Shown here in pieces: positions 29,400 to 39,630 of a stretch of DNA of 64,000 nucleotides (its first letter is position 1; each line of letters starts with the position of its first letter). The notes under the pieces were generated by a model. The model was given only the letters and a program-made list of their open reading frames with translations, did no database searches and was not told where the DNA came from. This stretch comes from Candidatus Poribacteria bacterium. Lineage in GTDB: Bacteria > Poribacteria > WGA-4E > WGA-3G. Both the position numbers and the translations under genes were made by a program. The stretch is taken from the NCBI GenBank assembly GCA_022827625.1, contig JAJEIE010000024.1:40227-104226 (forward strand), read 5' to 3'.

Positions 29400-29723
29400 A
29401 TGCAGATATCAGATCAACATTCAGCGCGTATCACGAAACCTGAAGAAACGAAAACAAAAAAAGGATTTCCGTTGGTCTATACACTCTTGGTATTGTCCTT
29501 TTGTACTTTTGCCGGAAGTATCTGGTTTTCATCTTACGCCAAAAAAGTCGCTTTACAACGTCAACCTGTCTATGAAAGACAGAAACATCGCATTCAGGAT
29601 GAAATTTATCAACTTGAATTGGAAGAATCGACGTTAACCTCTGTTCAGAGAATTAGGAAGATCGCTACTGAACTTGGAATGGTTGAACCTACCGAGACCT
29701 CACAGATTATTTGGGACAAGTAA
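29400..29723 (+). CDS. ftsL: Cell division protein FtsL-like (single TM + coiled coil)
   Basis: 107 aa with a TM helix (LVYTLLVLSFCTFAGSIWF), then a heptad-rich segment; positioned between rsmH and ftsI. Confidence 0.6.
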   Translation: MQISDQHSARITKPEETKTKKGFPLVYTLLVLSFCTFAGSIWFSSYAKKVALQRQPVYERQKHRIQDEIYQLELEESTLTSVQRIRKIATELGMVEPTETSQIIWDK

Positions 29724-29774
29724 TTTCGATTTCTCTCTTTCTTGAAAGGACCCGAAGCTATCTTGATTTAATAT

Positions 29775-31580
29775 ATGATAAACAAAAAGAATGACTCATA
29801 TTTATCTATACGTCGTCTTGTTTTTACATTTATTCTGATGCAGATCGGGTTTCTGTTGTTAGTGGGGAAACTATTCCAGATTCAGGTCTCTGGTGGTGAT
29901 TTACATCCCGAAGCGAATACGCGCGACTGGCTTTCTCCCCGTACAGCAGAAATAAAACGTGGAAAGATTCTTGATAGACACGGAAACGTTTTGGCACTCA
30001 GTCGCCATAGCTTGTCTGTTTATGCTGATCCAAAATATATGAAGATGGATCCACTCGCAGCTGCACAAAAATTAGCACCCGTTTTAGGGAGCCCCGAAGC
30101 GGAACTGCTTTCCCAACTCCGTCGAAAGGATAAGCGGTTTGTCTGGCTAAAGAAAGACCTTGATTACGGATGGCTGGATGAAATTCGCGCCATTGAGAAA
30201 GATATCCGCGGTATAAAATATGAAGTTGAACAGAAGCGTTCTTATCCGAAAGGTGAACTCGCCGCTCAAGTCATTGGTCATATTAACGACCAGAATATGG
30301 GTGAGGGCATTGAATATCAGTATAACAATTATCTACTGAACGCCCAGGCACGGCAAGCCGCCCATCGTGCAGCTTTGGCTCGCAACGAACCGATAAACTT
30401 ACTGACGGATGGCAACTCCACCAGTGATTACGGATACAGTGTCGTTTTGACACTTGACGAGTACATTCAATATGTCGCTGAAAAGGAGTTAGCCGCAGCT
30501 TGTCAGCAGTGGAACGCACCACGCGGGACAGTCATCGTCTTGGGATCAAAAACAGCGGAAATCTTGGCACTCGCAAGCTACCCATCTTACGACCTGAATA
30601 CCTACGCACATGCCGATGAAGAGGCGAAACGCAATATTGGGGTCTGGTTCGCGTATGAGCCTGGATCGATTTTTAAAATTATCGCGTCCTCTGCTGTCCT
30701 CAATGAACGGATCATGACATCTGCGTCGACGGTTTTTTGTGAGAATGGACGATATCGACTCTCGAACGGCAGAATTATTCGAGATGTTTCAGCGAAAGGG
30801 TGGCTAACCTTAGAAGAGGTCATACACAAATCCAGTAATATCGGGATGATTAAAATTGTGAAGCAGTTGGGGCATGAGAACTTCGCGACTTACATTGAGG
30901 ATTACGGCTTTGGAAAAACAACAGGCATTGATCTCCCCTATGAACACAGCGGGAGCCTTTTTGCAGTCAAGCGTTGGGATACCCATTCCCTCGGAGCTGT
31001 GCCTTTTGGACAAGGAATTATGGTGACACCCCTTCAGATGGTAAGCGCATTGAACGTCATTGCCAATGATGGTAAACTCCTCCGTCCATACATTACACGA
31101 GAAATTCGAGACAATAGTGGGGAAGTTATTAAAAAGATGTATCCGATTGAAGTTCGACAAGTGCTGCGCCCAGAAGTCGCAAGGCAAATGGCAGACATAC
31201 TCGTCGGGGTCGTTGAAGGTGGGAGCGGACGGCGCGCACGTGTTGAAGACTATAAGGTCGCAGGAAAGACAGGAACCGCACAAAAAGCGGAACCGAATGG
31301 CAAGGGATACCTCGGCAAAGAAGTTATGTCTTTTATGGGGTTCCTGCCGGCGGAGAACCCAGTGATTTCGATAATCGTCATGCTTGATGAACCTACAGGT
31401 GCACGCTTCAGTGGACAGATCGCAGGACCGCTCTTTCAAAAGGTTGCCACTCAAACGATACAATACTTAAAGCAAACTGAATTTTTCAGCCCTGAGATTC
31501 AAAAAACCTCCCAATACACGCCCGTTCTAACAGAAAAAGCACCAAAACAGAATCTCGCTGTGGAAGGAGGCGGGTTGTGA
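29775..31580 (+). CDS. ftsI: Peptidoglycan D,D-transpeptidase (PBP3/FtsI-like class B PBP)
   Basis: N-terminal TM helix, PBP dimerisation domain, and the SxxK (GSIFK), SxN (SSN) and KTGT motifs. Confidence 0.9.
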   Translation: MINKKNDSYLSIRRLVFTFILMQIGFLLLVGKLFQIQVSGGDLHPEANTRDWLSPRTAEIKRGKILDRHGNVLALSRHSLSVYADPKYMKMDPLAAAQKLAPVLGSPEAELLSQLRRKDKRFVWLKKDLDYGWLDEIRAIEKDIRGIKYEVEQKRSYPKGELAAQVIGHINDQNMGEGIEYQYNNYLLNAQARQAAHRAALARNEPINLLTDGNSTSDYGYSVVLTLDEYIQYVAEKELAAACQQWNAPRGTVIVLGSKTAEILALASYPSYDLNTYAHADEEAKRNIGVWFAYEPGSIFKIIASSAVLNERIMTSASTVFCENGRYRLSNGRIIRDVSAKGWLTLEEVIHKSSNIGMIKIVKQLGHENFATYIEDYGFGKTTGIDLPYEHSGSLFAVKRWDTHSLGAVPFGQGIMVTPLQMVSALNVIANDGKLLRPYITREIRDNSGEVIKKMYPIEVRQVLRPEVARQMADILVGVVEGGSGRRARVEDYKVAGKTGTAQKAEPNGKGYLGKEVMSFMGFLPAENPVISIIVMLDEPTGARFSGQIAGPLFQKVATQTIQYLKQTEFFSPEIQKTSQYTPVLTEKAPKQNLAVEGGGL

Positions 31581-33061
31581 AGCTTCGCACGCTGCTCCAT
31601 GGATTAAATATTGTTACGACTACCGGACCGCTTGATCTGGATATTACCGGGATCGTTAGTGATAATCGAGAGGTCAAACTTGGTAATGCTTTTGTCTGCT
31701 ATCAAGGTATCAGTGTTGACAGCCACAGCTTCATCCCCGATGCGATTCAAAAGGGCGCAGTTATTGTTATTGGTGAAAAACCGATTGCCGAACTAACGGT
31801 ACCGACGCAGCAATTTACTTATGTCCAAGTCCCTAATGGACGACGCGCAATATCCTTGCTGGCTGCCAATTGGCACGAAAATCCCGCAAAGCAACTCAAA
31901 CTCATCGGCATTACAGGCACAAACGGTAAGACATCAACAGCACATCTCATATATGCGATACTCAAAGCGAGCGGACGAAAGGTGGCACTCATTGGAACTG
32001 TTGGACACCGATACACGAACGCCCGCGGCACTGAGAAACAACTACCGGCTTTTCTCACAACCCCTGATGCCTTCGCCCTCCATGCCCTCTTTAAGCAATT
32101 CGTTGAAGAAGGTGTCGAATACGTCACGATGGAAACCTCCTCGCAAGGATTGGCGCTGCAGCGACTCGCAGGACTGAGTTTCGATACAGCCGTCTTTACC
32201 AATTTTACACAGGACCATCTTGATTATCATCAAACAATGGAGGAATACCTCAAAGCGAAGCTAATGCTGTTTGAGCAGCTCGGGGATGACGGGGTCGCTG
32301 TTTTGAACGTTGATCTGCCTGTAACAAAGCGTTTCTGGCACGTTTGCGCCGATTTAAAACGTTTGATGTATGGGTTTAATCTGCAGGCAGATTTACGCCC
32401 CGGAGATGTTGAACTCTCTCGTAGCCGATTGGCGTTTACAGCATTTACGCCGTCTGGCAAGTTCCCAGTGGCGCTGCGATTGCTCGGTGAGTATAATATT
32501 TACAATGCGCTCGCTGCGATTGCTGTTGGTGTCCGTTATAATTGTTCTATTGCGGCGATTCAGGAAGGGCTCGCTGCTACTGTTGTACCGGGACGATTTG
32601 AACGCGTAGACCGCGGACAAGACTTTGCGGTTATCGTTGATTATGCACATACCCCCGACGGGTTGGAAAATATCCTGACTGCCGCGAAGCATATCACGGA
32701 ACGTCAACTGATTTCTGTCTTCGGCTGTGGTGGGGATCGCGATAACGGGAAACGCCCAAAAATGGGAAATATCTCAGCCCGCATCGCTGATTATAGCGTG
32801 ATTACTTCCGACAATCCGCGCACTGAAGACCCCGATGAAATCATCGCACAAATTGTGTCAAATTTGCCACATGACGCAAAATATGTGTGTATTTCGGAGA
32901 GGCGTGAAGCGATTCAGCACGCCATCGCGGCAGCAAAATCGGGGGATGTCATTGTGATTGCAGGTAAGGGACATGAAGATTATCAGGAAATTCACGGTGA
33001 AAGATTCCCGTTTGATGATAGGGTTGTGGCTGCAGACTTTTTGAGGATGATGTCTGAGTAA
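31577..33061 (+). CDS. murE: UDP-N-acetylmuramoyl-L-alanyl-D-glutamate--2,6-diaminopimelate ligase
   Basis: P-loop GITGTNGKTST and the DNPR motif diagnostic for meso-DAP-adding MurE; 4-nt overlap with ftsI. Confidence 0.9.
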   Translation: MKLRTLLHGLNIVTTTGPLDLDITGIVSDNREVKLGNAFVCYQGISVDSHSFIPDAIQKGAVIVIGEKPIAELTVPTQQFTYVQVPNGRRAISLLAANWHENPAKQLKLIGITGTNGKTSTAHLIYAILKASGRKVALIGTVGHRYTNARGTEKQLPAFLTTPDAFALHALFKQFVEEGVEYVTMETSSQGLALQRLAGLSFDTAVFTNFTQDHLDYHQTMEEYLKAKLMLFEQLGDDGVAVLNVDLPVTKRFWHVCADLKRLMYGFNLQADLRPGDVELSRSRLAFTAFTPSGKFPVALRLLGEYNIYNALAAIAVGVRYNCSIAAIQEGLAATVVPGRFERVDRGQDFAVIVDYAHTPDGLENILTAAKHITERQLISVFGCGGDRDNGKRPKMGNISARIADYSVITSDNPRTEDPDEIIAQIVSNLPHDAKYVCISERREAIQHAIAAAKSGDVIVIAGKGHEDYQEIHGERFPFDDRVVAADFLRMMSE

Positions 33062-33114
33062 TACCTCCGTTGTCGGCATTCATCTAAAATTTATTACAGA
33101 ACCTGCTTGGGGCT

Positions 33115-33921
33115 GTGAAAGGTTTCTTAATGATCCAGAATCTGCAAGGACAACGGACGCAGCAGCTCATACTTAATAATTTAAAAATTTCATATCAGGT
33201 CGCGGGGGATGGCGAGGTCGTTCTCCTCTTACACGGTTGGGGTGGCGCAGCGGCAAGTTTTCAGCCGGTTTTTGAATGGCTGGCGCAATCCCACAAAGTC
33301 TACGCACTGGATTTGCCCGGCTTCGGCGAAAGTCAGATACCTCCAACACCATGGAACACGTCCGACTATGCGCGGTGTGTCGCAGCTTTTTTAGATAAAT
33401 TTTGCATTCCAAAAGCGCACCTCATCGGACACTCTTTCGGCGGTAGAATTTCAATCATCCTCTCAGCCGAGTATCCTGAAAAAGTGGATAAACTGATCCT
33501 TGTTGATAGTGCTGGGATTAAGCCACCCCGAACTGCGAAATACTATTTTCGCGTCGGTATCGCAAAAATCGGTAGGTTATTGCGCCGGTCTGGAAAGTAT
33601 GGAAATCGCCTCGCAAATGCTGTGTCTCAGCGGACGGGGTCTAAGGACTATCGAGAGGCTGGCGATATGCGTGCTACGCTCGTGAAGGTTGTTAACCAAG
33701 ACCTACGTCCGCTCTTACCCCGAATTGTCGCATCTACGCTGTTAATCTGGGGTGAGAACGATAAAGATACGCCTGTGTCCTTCGGGCGGATTATGGAGAA
33801 AGAGATACCTGACGCTGGGTTGGTGGTCCTAAAAGAAGCGGGACACTTTTCATATCTTGATAAATTTCCGCAATTTTGCCGAATTGTAGCAAGTTTCTTG
33901 AAAATCGAAAACCCAATTTAA
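33115..33921 (+). CDS. Alpha/beta-hydrolase fold protein inserted in the dcw cluster
   Basis: HGWGG oxyanion region and GHSFGG nucleophile elbow, with a C-terminal His. Confidence 0.8.
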   Translation: MKGFLMIQNLQGQRTQQLILNNLKISYQVAGDGEVVLLLHGWGGAAASFQPVFEWLAQSHKVYALDLPGFGESQIPPTPWNTSDYARCVAAFLDKFCIPKAHLIGHSFGGRISIILSAEYPEKVDKLILVDSAGIKPPRTAKYYFRVGIAKIGRLLRRSGKYGNRLANAVSQRTGSKDYREAGDMRATLVKVVNQDLRPLLPRIVASTLLIWGENDKDTPVSFGRIMEKEIPDAGLVVLKEAGHFSYLDKFPQFCRIVASFLKIENPI

Positions 33922-33931
33922 GAGTTAAAAA

Positions 33932-35605
33932 ATGGAAACAGTAAACACCACGCTTTTCTACTTCGCAACGTTAACTTGTGTAGCGAGAGCGGTCGTCAGA
34001 ACAGCACGAGGACTTCATATACTTCAACTCGACGGTTATAAAACAGGTCGATACCTGAAGTGGATAGGACAGCATCTGAAAAACTGCTTTGAGATCAGAG
34101 AGATCCTCATCGTCAGTGGCTTACTGATTCTTGCCGGCGTTATATCTCCACTGTATCCGCAGTATTACAGCGCTTGGTTTTTCCCCGGCGTATGTGTCGC
34201 TTGGAGTGGATTCCAAATTTATATGCTCACACGCCGAAAGCACGTTGAGGCGAAAAAGCCGCTCGTTTACACAGCACGGGCGAAACGCGTGTTTGGACTA
34301 TCAATCATTTTGCTTGTGGGTTTGGCAGTCGCGACTGTCTTCACAGTGAAGGGGAGTCCTTGGCGCGTCGCAGCCTTCCTGTTTAGTGAGGTGAGCGTGG
34401 TCAATTTAACGTTCGCGAATTTGCTTATCTATCCTTTGGAACGGACGATAAATGAGGCATATCTCTTTTCGGCAAGGAAGCGGATTAAAGCACTCAATCC
34501 CAAGGTCATTGGAATTACGGGGAGTTATGGCAAGACGAGTACGAAGTATATTTTGCATCGAATTTTGTCCGAAAAATTTAACACTTTAATGACCCCCGAT
34601 AGTTACAACACGCCCATGGGTATCTGCAAAGTCATTCGAGGGCAACTTGCCGCTGAACACGAGGTATTTGTCGTCGAAATGGGTGCCTATAAACGTGGCG
34701 ACATCCGCGAGTTGTGCAATTTAGCCGCACCCCAAATTGGCATTCTCACAGCCGTCGGTCCCCAACATTTGGAGCGGTTTAAAAGTGTGGAGAATATAGC
34801 CAAGACAAAATATGAGCTGATTGCGTCGCTGCCAGCCGGTGGACTCGCAGTTTTCAATTGCGACAACGAGATCTGTGCTGAACTTGCGAATAAACGGGAA
34901 CAGGGCGGTAATCCGGTGTTCCGCTATGCCACAGAACCATCTTCCAGCGTTGCGGCTTCTGAGCGTCCCCAGCTAACTGCCACCAACATTCGACACACCA
35001 ACGACGGACTCACGTTCACAGTGCATCCGTTTATTGATACGCAGGCGGCTACCGAAGTAGAGATTCGGACCCAACTTTTAGGTAGACATAACGTATCCAA
35101 TATTCTTGCCGCAATGGCAGTTGCAATGGCGTGTGGAATGACGCTTGAGGAAATTCGCGCAGCAGTTGCTAAGGTTGAACCTGTGCCACATCGTTTACAG
35201 TTGGCATCTGGTGCCGGGGGTGTCACGATCATTGACGATAGTTTCAATTCCAACCCTGTCGGTGCCGAGGCGGCGCTTGAAGTGCTCTCTGAGATCGGAG
35301 ACGGGAAAAAGGTCTTGGTGACGCCCGGTATGGTAGAACTCGGTGAGAAGGAGTATGAGGAAAATAAGAAACTTGGCGAACGTGCCGCTGATGTCTGTGA
35401 TCTCGTCATTTTAGTCGGACCTCTGCGGACGCTTCCAATTTTAGATGGCTTGAAAGCCGCCGCGTATCCGAGTCAACAGATCATTGTCGCACTCAACTTG
35501 GAAGAGGTCAAAAAACATTTAGCGACACAGGTGCAACCCGGGGATGTCGTTCTTTTTGAGAACGATCTGCCGGACAACTATAATGAAGAAAGAGCCGCCT
35601 CCTAA
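33932..35605 (+). CDS. murF: UDP-N-acetylmuramoyl-tripeptide--D-alanyl-D-alanine ligase with an atypical ~180-aa membrane-spanning N-terminus
   Basis: P-loop VIGITGSYGKTST at about aa 197, with Mur ligase central and C-domains; about 3 predicted TM helices precede it instead of the canonical soluble N-domain. Confidence 0.8.
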   Translation: METVNTTLFYFATLTCVARAVVRTARGLHILQLDGYKTGRYLKWIGQHLKNCFEIREILIVSGLLILAGVISPLYPQYYSAWFFPGVCVAWSGFQIYMLTRRKHVEAKKPLVYTARAKRVFGLSIILLVGLAVATVFTVKGSPWRVAAFLFSEVSVVNLTFANLLIYPLERTINEAYLFSARKRIKALNPKVIGITGSYGKTSTKYILHRILSEKFNTLMTPDSYNTPMGICKVIRGQLAAEHEVFVVEMGAYKRGDIRELCNLAAPQIGILTAVGPQHLERFKSVENIAKTKYELIASLPAGGLAVFNCDNEICAELANKREQGGNPVFRYATEPSSSVAASERPQLTATNIRHTNDGLTFTVHPFIDTQAATEVEIRTQLLGRHNVSNILAAMAVAMACGMTLEEIRAAVAKVEPVPHRLQLASGAGGVTIIDDSFNSNPVGAEAALEVLSEIGDGKKVLVTPGMVELGEKEYEENKKLGERAADVCDLVILVGPLRTLPILDGLKAAAYPSQQIIVALNLEEVKKHLATQVQPGDVVLFENDLPDNYNEERAAS

Positions 35606-35761
35606 TATTGGTGTTTCAACCTCCGCTGAGTGCCACATGAACATTCAGCGTTGATTCTCTAAAATTAGTAAATATCCTTTAGTAATTCAGAACCGGTTGG
35701 AATTAACCAGAAACCACCGTGAAACATAGTGGAACGGTGACCAGATTTAATCGTTAAAAAT

Positions 35762-36967
35762 ATGTCAAAATACAATGTAGCCCTTATATTTGGTGGATGT
35801 ACACCTGAACACGAAGTCTCCATCGTAACCGCACATCAGGTTTCCCTCGCTTTACAAGAAAACCATCATGTCATCCCAATTTACGTCACAAAGAGCGGAG
35901 ACTGGTTAACAGGCGATGCCCTCGGCGATTTATCCGCTTTTACGGACGGAACGCTACCACATCCTTCCGATTTTGACAAAATTACTATCGAATTTCACCC
36001 TGAGCCAAAATTTGTCATTACCAGCAGACATTGGATCGGCAAGAACGTTCAGAAAAGGACGCGCCTTCCGATAGATATTGTCTTTCCAGCGATACACGGC
36101 ATGCATGGTGAGGATGGAACGCTCCAAGGGTTACTCGAACTGATGAACCTACCTTACGTCGGGGCAGGCGTTGTCGGTTCCGCTGTCGGTATGGATAAGA
36201 TTATGATGAAAGCGATTCTGAGTGAAAACGCGCTGCCAGTGCTTCCATATCTGTATTGGACGCGTCACGACTGGGATACCCGACGCGAGGTGGTTCTCGA
36301 AGAGGTGGCGGCGACGCTCTCCTATCCACTCTTTGTCAAGCCTGCAATGAGCGGGTCAAGCATCGGGGTCAGCCATGTTGAAAATCAAGCCGAACTCTGT
36401 GCGGCTGCCGAAGTCGCGGGACAGTACGCACGGAGGATCCTCGTCGAAAAAGCCGTTGAGAAACCGCTTGAAATCAATTGTGCTGTCATGGGACTTCATG
36501 AACCGATGCCATCTGTTTGCGAGCAGCCTGTCTCACAAGCCGATTTTCTGAGTTTCGATGATAAATATATTCATCAGGAGGGCGAAAATGCAGGAATGGC
36601 AGGTGCGGCGCGTAAAATTCCTGCACCTATTTCTGAAGAACTCACGTCACACATACAAGGTCTTGCTGCCCGCACTTTTCGGGTCTTGGATTGCGCAGGT
36701 GTCGCGCGTGTCGATTTTCTCGTGGATGCAGCGCATAACGTCTATGTGAATGAAATCAACACGATTCCTGGCTCCTATAGTTACTATCTGTGGAACCATC
36801 AGGATATTGAATTTCCAGAATTGGTATCCGAACTTATTGATCTGGCATTTAAGGCACATGCCCAGAAGAATGCGCTAACCTATACTTATACGACGAATCT
36901 CCTAAGCCAAGCCGGTGCGAGTCTCGCTAAGTTGAAAAACGGCGTGAAACTTGGGGGAACGACGTAA
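35762..36967 (+). CDS. ddl: D-alanine--D-alanine ligase (ATP-grasp)
   Basis: Dala_Dala_lig N- and C-domains (ALIFGG...EHEVS; FVKPAMSGSSIGVSHV; EINTIPG). Confidence 0.9.
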   Translation: MSKYNVALIFGGCTPEHEVSIVTAHQVSLALQENHHVIPIYVTKSGDWLTGDALGDLSAFTDGTLPHPSDFDKITIEFHPEPKFVITSRHWIGKNVQKRTRLPIDIVFPAIHGMHGEDGTLQGLLELMNLPYVGAGVVGSAVGMDKIMMKAILSENALPVLPYLYWTRHDWDTRREVVLEEVAATLSYPLFVKPAMSGSSIGVSHVENQAELCAAAEVAGQYARRILVEKAVEKPLEINCAVMGLHEPMPSVCEQPVSQADFLSFDDKYIHQEGENAGMAGAARKIPAPISEELTSHIQGLAARTFRVLDCAGVARVDFLVDAAHNVYVNEINTIPGSYSYYLWNHQDIEFPELVSELIDLAFKAHAQKNALTYTYTTNLLSQAGASLAKLKNGVKLGGTT

Positions 36968-37005
36968 TGTGCTGCTGGAAGCGTTATCGTTTTTTGTAGG
37001 GAAAT

Positions 37006-38124
37006 ATGTTTTACCATCTCCTATATGAAAACCTCGTTGAGATCTTTTCACCATTCAACATTTTTCGTTATATCAGTTTCCGAGCCATTTATGCAACAGC
37101 AACTTCGCTTATCATCGCTCTCGTCTTGGGACCTTTTATGATACAGCGGCTGAAGCAGCTACGCATCGGAGAACACATTCAGGAGGAGGTTGCCAACGCT
37201 CAAAAAAGCACTGAAAATCAGAATAAAGCCGGTGTCCCAACAATGGGAGGCGTGCTCATCATTGTCTCTGTTTTGATATCGGTCGTCTGTTGGTCGCGGT
37301 TAGACCAACCCTATATCTACTTGATGATCTTGACAACGCTTTGGTTTGGCGGGCTCGGATTCCTTGATGATTATAGCAAACTCGTGAAACAGCAGTCCTT
37401 AGGACTTCGTGGATGGCATAAAATTGGACTTCAGACCGTAGGTGCCTTGGCGATCGCAGTGTATCTTTACCAGTGGGGGGCTGCCCACGGCGGAGATGTT
37501 GTGATCCGTTCTTCGCTGAGTCTGCCATTTTTCAAAGAACTACAGCCCGATTTAGGGATATTCTTTATCCCGTTCGCGACGTTGGTGATCGTCGGGGCAT
37601 CCAACGCTGTCAACCTGACAGATGGGATGGATGGGTTGGCGATCGGGTGCACGCTCTTTGTTGCCGGTACGCTCGGTATCGTCGGATATATGACAAGCCA
37701 CAGCGAGATTGCGGCGTATCTAAACATCTTCCATCTCCCGGTTAGCGGGGAGGTTACCGCAATTTTCTGTACAGCCTTAGTCGGAGCAGGCTTGGGATTT
37801 TTATGGTATAACGGCCATCCGGCACAAGTCTTTATGGGCGATACGGGATCACTCGCTCTCGGTGCGACCCTTGGGACCGTTGCTGTGCTTATCAAGCAGG
37901 AATTTCTGCTCCTGATCGTCGGTGCTATTTTCGTCGCAGAGACACTCTCGGTTATTATTCAGGTCTGGTCGTTCCGTACATTTGGCAAGCGTGTGTTTAA
38001 GATGTCACCGATTCACTACCACTTCCTACTTTCCGGATGGAAGGAATCCAAAGTCGTTATCCGATTCTGGATTGTCGGGTTTATATTGGTCTTGATCGCT
38101 TTAAGTACCTTGAAACTGAGATAA
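37006..38124 (+). CDS. mraY: Phospho-N-acetylmuramoyl-pentapeptide transferase
   Basis: 10-TM protein with NAVNLTDGMDGLA and the GDTGSLALG motif. Confidence 0.95.
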   Translation: MFYHLLYENLVEIFSPFNIFRYISFRAIYATATSLIIALVLGPFMIQRLKQLRIGEHIQEEVANAQKSTENQNKAGVPTMGGVLIIVSVLISVVCWSRLDQPYIYLMILTTLWFGGLGFLDDYSKLVKQQSLGLRGWHKIGLQTVGALAIAVYLYQWGAAHGGDVVIRSSLSLPFFKELQPDLGIFFIPFATLVIVGASNAVNLTDGMDGLAIGCTLFVAGTLGIVGYMTSHSEIAAYLNIFHLPVSGEVTAIFCTALVGAGLGFLWYNGHPAQVFMGDTGSLALGATLGTVAVLIKQEFLLLIVGAIFVAETLSVIIQVWSFRTFGKRVFKMSPIHYHFLLSGWKESKVVIRFWIVGFILVLIALSTLKLR

Positions 38125-38148
38125 AATAAACCGTTTTATACGCATAGC

Positions 38149-39612
38149 GTGTCATATATATCACGCTTTTTCTCAAAAGAAATACACTCGCTGGGTCTTG
38201 GAAAAAAAATGAGGTTACAAGGGAAACATGTTACGGTTTTTGGTTTAAATCGGAGTGGCGTTGCCGCTGCAAAGTTGTTGCATACACAGGGTGCGATTGT
38301 CACGCTTACAGATACGCGTACATCCGAAGCGTTGTCGGCCGAAATTGCTGCGCTCAATGTGTTTTCTGAACCCGGCGCTATCCAAAAATACCTTGGAGGG
38401 CATCCGACAGCATGCATCGCTGAGGCGGATTTCATTGTTGTTTCACCAGGGGTGCCGCTGGATATTCCGATTCTATGTGAGGCACGGGCGCAGCAGATTC
38501 CAATTCTCGCCGAATTAGAAGTTGCTGCAAGGGTCTGTCCAGCACCGATTGTTGCTATTACGGGAACGAAGGGCAAATCCACCACGACACTGCTCACGGC
38601 GGCGATGTTAAAGGAGAGTGATCGGTTTACCACGGTCTGTGTCGCAGGAAACATTGGTGTCCCGCTTGCAGCAGAAGTTCAGAACCTAACAGATCAAGAC
38701 ATTGTTGTCGTTGAGGCGAGTAGTTTTCAGTTGGAAACTACTGTCACGTTCCATCCGGTAGTGAGTGTTGTGCTCAATTTTTCACGCGATCACTTGGATA
38801 GACATGGAACGATGTCTGCATATCGTGCGGCGAAACAAAAAATTACCGCAAACCAGACATCAGACGACTGGATGGTTCTCAACGGTTCGGATGTTTCCGT
38901 CAAGGACTTTGCCGCAGCGACAGCGGCAAGTGTGGTCTATTTTACAGATGAAGCCGTGCGTGAAAAAACGGCTTTTTCGGGCGTGTTTAGGGACGGTTCA
39001 GGACTTTTTACACAGTGCGATGGCGTGCGGGAGAGAATTTGTGATATAGTGGATATTCCACTGCCTGGGGCGCACAACTTACAGAATATACTCGCAGCAG
39101 CGGCGGTAGCACGAATCTTCGGGGTTACAGGAACCCAGATTCAAGCCGCACTCCAGAATTTCGATAGATCGCACCCGGCTTTGGCACACGCTTTTGAACC
39201 GGTAAGAACGCTAAATGATGTTGAGTTCGTGGATGATTCGAAGGCGACAAACGTAGCCGCTGTCAAAGCAGCGCTTGAATCAATACAAGGGCGTCAAGTT
39301 ATCCTGATAATGGGGGGCTATGATAAGGGAAACGACTATACACCGCTCTCTGAAATCGTTCAAAACCGTGTTAAAGCCGCCGTTATGCTCGGAGAATACA
39401 CGCAACAGATTGAGAAAACCCTCGCCAATGCAACACAGATTGTGAAGGCAAAGACAATGGAGGAAGCGGTACAGCTCGCCTATAGGCATGCCACACCTGA
39501 TGATGTTGTGCTCTTATCACCCGCAAATGCCAGTTTTGATATGTATACTGACTATAAAGCGCGCGGAACGGCCTTTAAGGAGGCGGTTCAAGCCCTTCAA
39601 CGCCTTAATTAG
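38149..39612 (+). CDS. murD: UDP-N-acetylmuramoylalanine--D-glutamate ligase (start may be the ATG at 38209)
   Basis: KHVTVFGLNRSGVAAAKLL Rossmann-like N-domain; P-loop ITGTKGKSTTT. Confidence 0.9.
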   Translation: MSYISRFFSKEIHSLGLGKKMRLQGKHVTVFGLNRSGVAAAKLLHTQGAIVTLTDTRTSEALSAEIAALNVFSEPGAIQKYLGGHPTACIAEADFIVVSPGVPLDIPILCEARAQQIPILAELEVAARVCPAPIVAITGTKGKSTTTLLTAAMLKESDRFTTVCVAGNIGVPLAAEVQNLTDQDIVVVEASSFQLETTVTFHPVVSVVLNFSRDHLDRHGTMSAYRAAKQKITANQTSDDWMVLNGSDVSVKDFAAATAASVVYFTDEAVREKTAFSGVFRDGSGLFTQCDGVRERICDIVDIPLPGAHNLQNILAAAAVARIFGVTGTQIQAALQNFDRSHPALAHAFEPVRTLNDVEFVDDSKATNVAAVKAALESIQGRQVILIMGGYDKGNDYTPLSEIVQNRVKAAVMLGEYTQQIEKTLANATQIVKAKTMEEAVQLAYRHATPDDVVLLSPANASFDMYTDYKARGTAFKEAVQALQRLN

Positions 39613-39630
39613 AGGATAAAAAACGCTACA

